Below, in pieces: positions 32,969 through 64,000 of a DNA stretch of 64,000 nt; within the stretch, counting starts at the first letter, position 1; each line of letters opens with the position of its first letter. The translations under genes were made by a program, and so were the position numbers. Source of the DNA: Amoebidium appalachense (lineage: Eukaryota; Protista; Ichthyosporea). Below the pieces are notes generated by a model. It did no database searches, was not told the origin of the DNA, and saw only the letters and a program-made list of their open reading frames with translations. The stretch covers positions 3,710,047 through 3,774,046 of the forward strand of contig CAVNZM010000004.1 of the NCBI GenBank assembly GCA_963693365.1, written 5' to 3'.

Positions 32969-34683
32969 ACAGTGACACCTCCAATGCTTATTAGGGTTAA
33001 GAGCACCCAAAGATTTAGAGTGCCTTTAACGTTTTGAGCTCGAAGCACTATCAGCAACTGTTTTTGCTTCACAGAAGGCTACCAAAAATAATGGACACAT
33101 AAACATAAATGATAATGCTTCGTGACTATCATGACCGTTCACGGGGCATGGTCATCGGGTTCGCATACCTGCTTCTGAGGGCTATTATTCATGAGGATTT
33201 GAGTGTGGATGCTACGATGTTCTGAGCTTTACTTGTTAGGTCCATTCAGATGGACGCACCGGTAGGTCACATTCGGGTGCAAAAAGAACGATAAACGTAT
33301 TCGCGTAGCGTAATGATGTTTGAGGTGTTCAGTGTACAGACAACGGCGATTACGGAGACGTGGGCGTTTCGCAAGCATATCTACCATGACACTGTTGAAG
33401 CACCTATGTATGATGCCGTTAGCATGTTTTTTTAGGAAAGAGATAAACACTTCATTGTTTGAGTTTCATGTTTGAAGGCTAAAAGGGCCTTTCCTTATAA
33501 GCAAATTCTCTCTTCACATTGGCTCCGGTATGAGACTGAGGGTGCATCACCTTCTGCTGCTTTTGTTCACAGCATCACGTGATGTGTGTTCCTGATAGTC
33601 CGAGGCAAGAACATATTTACCCCTCTCTAGTGGAATGCGTTGGGCATGCCATTCGATGAAACCACCAATCAGGTGCGTTCTAGGGTGATAAAGATATCCC
33701 TTCTCCAAATTAGCCATCTCATCACAGTAACGAAAATATAGTTTAGGTAGATGCTTGTACATGCCACTTTAAGCAGAACAACATCACGAGTATCATAACT
33801 TCAGCCCTAGTTTGTTTCTTCTTCCAATTTAAAGGCTTACTAAACTGACAAGCACAGAACTGTCCGTCTGGTGGAAGGCCAAACTTGAGCGCATACCGTG
33901 CGCGCCTCCCTGAGATGCTTTTTTATCCCTGGAATGCACTCGAAAATTCCTTGCGCAAGCAGGGCCTGCTGGGTAGAAGTGAGCTCCATGGGCTGTGTGC
34001 TCCCCTGTGTTCCACGGCCCCCGCCCTTTCCATATCTCTTCTACTCCTTCATTCTTACTTTTCTATTGTTCTAAATTATGGTGCCATTAATCACCATTCG
34101 CAGGTTATATCGACTAGCTACGGGGAAGTAACACGGAATCACAAACAGACCCAATGTGATCACGCAGTGTGTGAGACAGATCTCGGGCGCCAGGTCGACG
34201 CGCGCGATGATTGTCAAGGACATACGAGTTTGCGGGTGAAGCTGATGAAGGCCCATTTTACGGTTGAGCTAAAAAAAACATGGCTTCATGTTATCTGAGT
34301 AAAGTGATTACAAATGTTTTTCAGCTACTGTTTTTTTTTTTTTTCTTCATGCCTGTTCGGCCTTTTGTTTTAACCGCCCGTAGTCCGGTTGTGAGGAATT
34401 CGAAAGCAAAACATTCTGACTTCATCTCCATACGTAACACGTTTGAGAAAAGCCAAACTCCGGGGCGGAGACATCACGGGGAGAGATCAGCTCGATCATA
34501 TCTAGATGGGAAGTGCACACGTGTGCGTTACCCGGGCCCTTGTACACTTATGTACTCTCACATTTACAGACTCTGAGGTCAATGCAGAAACACATTATCT
34601 AGATATCGATCATCTCATTGATACTCCTTTCTTTTAAATTTGCAATGATTTGGCCCTCTCCAGGTTTCAAAGTGAAGTGAGCA

Positions 34684-34725
<42 letters not shown>

Positions 34726-35667
34726 CCCCTCGTGAGTCAAACGGGCACGCTCTGGCTTCATGATCAGGCAGCCAGTCAGAGTCGCCAATACGTATACGTG
34801 CGTTTGACGTCACTGATTTAGTCATTCGAAGAAGCACCACGCATGCCTGGGCCTGAGCAGGATGGCGCAGGTGCACACACCCCATGACACCCCCTCCCCC
34901 TCTCTCTGAGCACTGAGTACCCATAATCCCCGGACAGTGTACACAGTCACTGCGCGACGGGTGCTTTGCAATGAATTCGAATGGACTCGCGTGAGTCGTG
35001 ACAACGCGGAGGATCGATAGTCAGTGATCATATGAGAGTCTTCGAATGCCTGCTGCGAGCCTACAAAAATAGCTGCGACCTTCGAAGTTCTTGATTCAAA
35101 CACCTATACACCTGAATTTTACTTGTGCCCATCCTCTTGTGACTCACGCGCAGACAGCCTCGTTTGTAAGGCTCCCTCACGAACGAACATGTACAACCTC
35201 GCTCACGAACGTTACAAACGACGCCTCCTCAGTACTCATTCACTGCATGCAGACTACGACTATTGATGTAGCAACCACATGCACATGATTGCTGCAGTGG
35301 CGGCCTCTGAATCAGATGAATTCCATCACAATTATTAGCATGATGTATTACATACTGGTGGCATGCACTGCATATGATCGTAATGCTACGTATACCCTAT
35401 TATACACTGCCAAGTGATATCGATCTACTGTATCTGGCTTCCCAAGTGACCATGTATCTACTATCTGCTGGCCCAAGTGCTTTGATACTACTCAGTGGAT
35501 ATGAGGGACACTATGGCCTTCCGTATTAGTGCTGAGGCTCCTCGGCTCACGTTACGTACGTATACAACTAAACTTATTATAAGCCCCCCTCCCCCCCCCC
35601 CCCACCACCACCACCACCGGACGGCGGGTGGGCCATTCCTCTAAATAACGGGATAAGGTGTGTGTGT

Positions 35668-35698
<31 letters not shown>

Positions 35699-35779
35699 TT
35701 CTAAGTTGGGCCCCCGGGGCAGCCAATCGAGTGTGGTTTTCTTTCTTTTTCTTTCCAAGGCTTTCTTTCTAGATCTCTC

Positions 35780-35799
35780 TAAGACTTTCTTTCTTTCCT

Positions 35800-35843
<44 letters not shown>

Positions 35844-35890
35844 TGACCTTCTTTCTTTCTTTTTTCTTTCTTTCTTTCTTTTCTTTTCAT
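35780..35890. repeat. (TTTC)n-rich microsatellite
   Basis: Imperfect TTTC tetranucleotide array between two G runs. Confidence 0.85.
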
Positions 35891-36494
35891 TCTTCCTTTT
35901 GGGGGAGGGGGGGGGGGGGGGGGGGGGGGGGTTAAAGTTTGCTATGGTGCAGCTGCCGGCCGTGCAATACTGCATGGACCGTTGCTATGCCACATGTCTA
36001 ACGTTAGCTTGCCAAATGTGTTAGTTTCTTGTTTTCAAGCCCCATGCAAGCTCCACACACACGCGTGCGCGCACACGCACACACAGTCCACACACACAAA
36101 CACACACACACACACATGCACGCGTGCACGCACATGCGCGCACACACACATGCACGCACACGAGCACGCACACAACCACATACACACATGTACACCCGCA
36201 CACGCGCATGCACGGCGTCGGCACGCACCAACCACACACATGCACACTTGCACACACACACACAGATCTAGAAAGATGCCAGTGCGGAGCAGTGCGACAC
36301 ACACGTGTCAAACATGCATTTAAAGTCATCGGAATCCTTGCCTTATTGCACCCACATACACACGTTTTTTAACTGACACTTGAAACCTCTTCAGTTCGTT
36401 ATCTATAGGTAGCTGGAAAAAAAAGAAAAAATCCTGGCATATGCTTTTGTTCAGCTTATGCAGCATCCTGAGGTCGCAGCTGCAGAGTCTTGCT

Positions 36495-36539
<45 letters not shown>

Positions 36540-37428
36540 AAAAACATCTCCTCTCCTAGTTTTGGGACAAAACGGCAACCTAGAGGCACGTGCACTGTGA
36601 TTAGTTGCGATCACAACGCCATTCTCCCGGCCCCTTGCCGACATATATGCCGTTGCCGATCGCGAAGGGAAGGAGGAGGGGGGAGAGGGAGGGGGGGAGG
36701 TGTGTGCACGTGTGTGTGTGTGTGTGTGTGTGTTGGGGGAGAGGGGGGGAGAGGGGGGGGCGAGAGAGGATAGGTGGGAGAAACCTTAGACAAGAGATTA
36801 GTATATTCACAAACCTTCAATTACTTGATTTTACTGCTGTACGTAGGAATCCACATAGGCTACATCATACGGATAGTTACGTGCACGGGCACCTACTCAA
36901 TAGGTAATAAAAACAGACATACACTGTCCGTTACTTAGTGTGTTCCACATCATGTCACTTGATACCTCCCAAGCGCTAGCACTATTATTAGAACACAAGC
37001 TGACGCACAACAACCAACTGCATACAACCACCCTCACCACGCTATTGGTCGAAATCAAGTGGTGTTCAATCGGAGTATCCATTAAAGGAAACCATAAAAC
37101 TCGACAAAGCACGTCTCTATCTGCGTGTGTATGTGCTGTTCCTGATGTTGTATAATGAATCGTACCAATAAATGTACACTAACACTAACACTGGCCTGTT
37201 ATGAATCTCATGGGCTAACTTAGTACCGAAGTTCAAAACCTATATACTATGCATCAAATGCGTCAGAGAAATGCGTGCTGCTCGAGAATCGTTTCTTAGC
37301 CCAAACGGTACTTCCAAAAAAAGCAACATGCACAGCGCGCAAACTTTCTTTTTTTCTTTTTGGCAGCATCGTCATTCGATGTATCTTTCTTTTCAGGCCC
37401 CCGAAAAGTATTCGCATGCTTTTGTGTC

Positions 37429-53656
<16,228 letters not shown>

Positions 53657-54578
53657 GTTGGTGAGACGCCGGAATCTCTGGCCTTATATGCTTAAACAGC
53701 GTGTGCTTAAAACTAAGATATAAACATCCTTTACCTATGCTTTGCTGTGATCATAGAACCATGAATGATCTATGAACAGACTTTATAGAAGTGAACAGCT
53801 AAGCTTATAAAACAGCTGAGCAGGCAGAGAGAGCTCCGTTTTTCATGGCACCAGTGCACCATTGGAGTCTTCAGCAGATGACGTATTAATCTGTTTAAGG
53901 TCTAGTATTTTCGATCAACGTTTATACTGAAAAAGTCTACACTTTAGACTATGTGGCTCACAGAAAAAAAGCACAGGTTTGCTCTTGACAAGCACTTGGC
54001 TGTTGGGCAGTTCGCGACTAGTGTAACCATTTTCTTTTCTTTTTCCATTTCGTTTTTTGTATGAGACACTTGAAGGAGCCCGTTCTTTAGTTAGGGGTCT
54101 GAGGGAACTTAAGTGATTTTTTTTTTCTGAACGGTTCTAGCCAGGGTGACATTGCAACCAGGTATGCCGGTGTTGAGCGTGGGGCACTCCCATCGGGCAA
54201 ACTAATCTTTCCTTCGTAACACACTTGCACGAACACCTCTATGACCTGTCGGGTTTGCTGGTTTGCATTTGGAAACCTCCTAACTTATTTACTGCTGAGT
54301 AGCTCATCCTTGCCCTCTCCGTCACACCCTTTCCCGTTCCTTCTCTCTCCCTCGCTCATTCTCCCCCCCCCCCCTCCCCACTTCCCCCTCCCCTCCCGCC
54401 CGCCCTCCTTAACTCCCCTGGCCTCCCCTCGTTCCCCCCTTCCCCCTCCCGGGCACTGCCTCCCTCCCCTTCTTCTGCCAGCTGCGCTCCCCTCTCGTGC
54501 CCCCTCCCCCCTCCTCCGCTCCCCCCTTAGAGCTCCCCCTCCCCCCCCCTCCCCCCCCGGGGGAGAGAGGGAGGGGGG

Positions 54579-54650
<72 letters not shown>

Positions 54651-54916
54651 GGGAAGGGGGGTAACGCGCACACACACACATACACAAAATTCATACAATT
54701 ACCCACCACATACCCCACGTTTCGCTCGCTTTCTCTGCCGCCTTTCACACTTGCAGTCAAGGCGTTCATCCTCCAGAACTGTCTCTTTTGCTTCTCCAGC
54801 TCCCTCCCTCAACTTTGTGACGAACAGCCTTCCAACTACACCCATCCACGCGTTTCTTGACACCAACCCTCCTCTTACTCGTGCCCCCCTTTCCCTTCAC
54901 AAACACAGACAGCACC
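53657..54916. promoter_or_regulatory. Probable bidirectional promoter and 5' UTR region between the divergent myotubularin and stomatin genes
   Basis: Start codons at 53656 (-) and 54917 (+) are ~1.26 kb apart. A CAG|GTATGC donor near 54162 suggests a 5' UTR intron of the stomatin gene. Inferred from gene orientation only. Confidence 0.5.
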
Positions 54917-62170
<7,254 letters not shown>

Positions 62171-62680
62171 TCATCAACTGAAACTGCATCGATATTGCAC
62201 AGTGACAGGACAAACATATTTAAGGATTGAGTAAAGCACCCATGAATGAGATGTTGTGTGTACGTGAAATGAAAGGGTTGTGATTTGGGTTTTTTTATAT
62301 TTTGGTTTTTGTGGCGGTGTATGCGATCATGAAACTCGGAAGGGGAATTGGTATGGTCGGCCACTCTGCGGTTGTTATGTCGTGATACAGGTGTGGCACG
62401 GGCACTGCATTTGTACACAACAGGGTAGCCTGAAAACCTACATCATGTTAATTTCGTGAGGAAGATGGAGATAGGTTTAGGTGGCAGGGTTAGCAAATAA
62501 TACAATGTGGTGTAGTTCCATGAGTGCGCGGGCATGGGGCATTGCATGTGCTGACTTACGTCACATACGACACGTTGCTGGACGACGCTGCAAATTCAAT
62601 AAAAATACTTAAAAAATAAAAAGTTGTAGAACCTGTTGAATGGGGTTGACTTTAATTTTCACGCACACGCACGCGCGCGC

Positions 62681-62733
<53 letters not shown>

Positions 62734-64000
62734 CGATTGTCACCCTCATCTCGCATCCGGGCCTGCATTTCACGTCCTGCGGACCCTTAGGAGTCCGCCA
62801 TCATAAAAACACGTCTAGCAGTCCCCTTCCAAGCAAGTATTCTAGATCTGTACGGTTTTGGAAATAGGACGTATCATGGTGTACCGTAAACTGCTGTACA
62901 GAGCTGCCTGATTTAGTAAAGAGTCTCGTATGCACCGCTGCACCTCCAAAGTCCATCAGCACAGCATGTTGGCAATTTTCTTGTGATTCTTGTGGTGCTG
63001 GTGGCATGCTAGCCTCATGGCCATGGGAATGAGACCGTTTTTTTTTGTTTTTTTTTTGGAGGCGGGGGGGGGGGGGGGGGTCGTCGTCCACCTCGTGAAA
63101 CCATGTCTCGTACTGTGCCTATAGCTATGCTGTTCTTATTCCCAAGTTTTCCTTTTCTCATCCGACTTTCGATCCTTCTGCTCCTTTCCTCCTTTCTTTC
63201 TTTCTTTTCTCTTGTGTATGTGTGTATAGACCTGACTGCGGCGGCCGGCGGCTCAGATCGACCGAATAAAATTTAAATGACGCATAGCGATCATAGGATA
63301 GACATATGAAATTGACCTTGTTTTCTATTTTATTGGCTTTTATTGCGGCCAGAACCCATTACATGCCTAGTAGAAAATATGCAGAAGGCAAAGGCGCTTA
63401 TTTTGGTACCTTTTTATACTGAGCGCAAGGCCAAGCCGCAAACTTTCGTATATGCATATTAGAACGGTGATGCACACTCCCTTTATAGTAGCGAAAGTTT
63501 GAAAGTTTGAGTTTCATATCAGTATCAGCTAATCAAATAGCTTAGCTCAAATTCATAGTCTCCCCCCGATGCGTCGACCGCGGCGCTGATCGAATTGGCC
63601 CGGGAGGAGGCCGCTGGTGGCCGCCTGGGGTACTACAAAACCACGTCTATCTTAGACAAAAACAATGGTTTTTCTTCGCGCTAAGGACCAATTATAGTAC
63701 TTAAAAAAACGTCGTTTCCTTGTCGACATTTAGAGCTCAGCTTTGTTAGGTTTATACTAGGTTTAAAGGGCTGATATTTATGGTTGAAAGTGGATCCGGG
63801 CCCATTTGCTATATATCAAGAACACTACATTTTATTCCGCGATATGGCTCACGGTCAGGTCTATATGCCTCAATCACTCTCTCTGTGTGTGTGGATGTCT
63901 CTGTGTATTTGTGTGTGTGAGTGGCCATGTGTGGGGGGGTGGGGGGGGGGGTGTATGAGGGGAGGATGTCACCCTAAGTACGAGTCAACAAAAAGGTTTC

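Noticed and set aside
33229-34576. Short ORFs upstream of the kinase as a separate gene or transposase remnant
   Set aside because: No recognisable motifs or consistent splice chain; more likely 5' UTR or promoter sequence.

Overview
Eukaryotic, intron-rich genomic DNA. Introns and intergenic DNA are saturated with poly-G/poly-C tracts and (GT)n/(CA)n/(GA)n microsatellites, so nearly all ORFs in the supplied track are repeat artefacts. Splicing by hand with phase checks, I recovered four multi-exon genes: the 3' part of a CABLES-like cyclin-fold gene (+, 361-5876), a MARK/Kin1-type kinase with a KA1 domain (-, 22972-32519), a catalytically dead myotubularin resembling MTMR10-12 (-, 37429-53656) and, head-to-head with it, a stomatin-like protein 2 gene (+, 54917-62170) with one GC-AG intron. 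An accessory block at about 8.5-21 kb holds a TA-flanked Tc1/mariner-type non-autonomous element, an intronless FAM173-like SAM methyltransferase split by a 1-nt frameshift in a T7 run, an intronless secreted protein made of two 8-Cys repeats, and probable MITE remnants. Gene content suggests a unicellular holozoan or similar protist; this is inference only. The three most interesting signals are: (i) strongly base-paired RNA islands in successive CABLES introns, including a ~210-nt pre-miRNA-like foldback and a possible pseudoknot; (ii) splice sites built from microsatellites, with (CA)nG acceptors lacking a polypyrimidine tract, (GT)n donors and self-complementary intron halves; (iii) the unrecognised 8-Cys secreted module. 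All structures were paired by eye; no folding or homology search was run.
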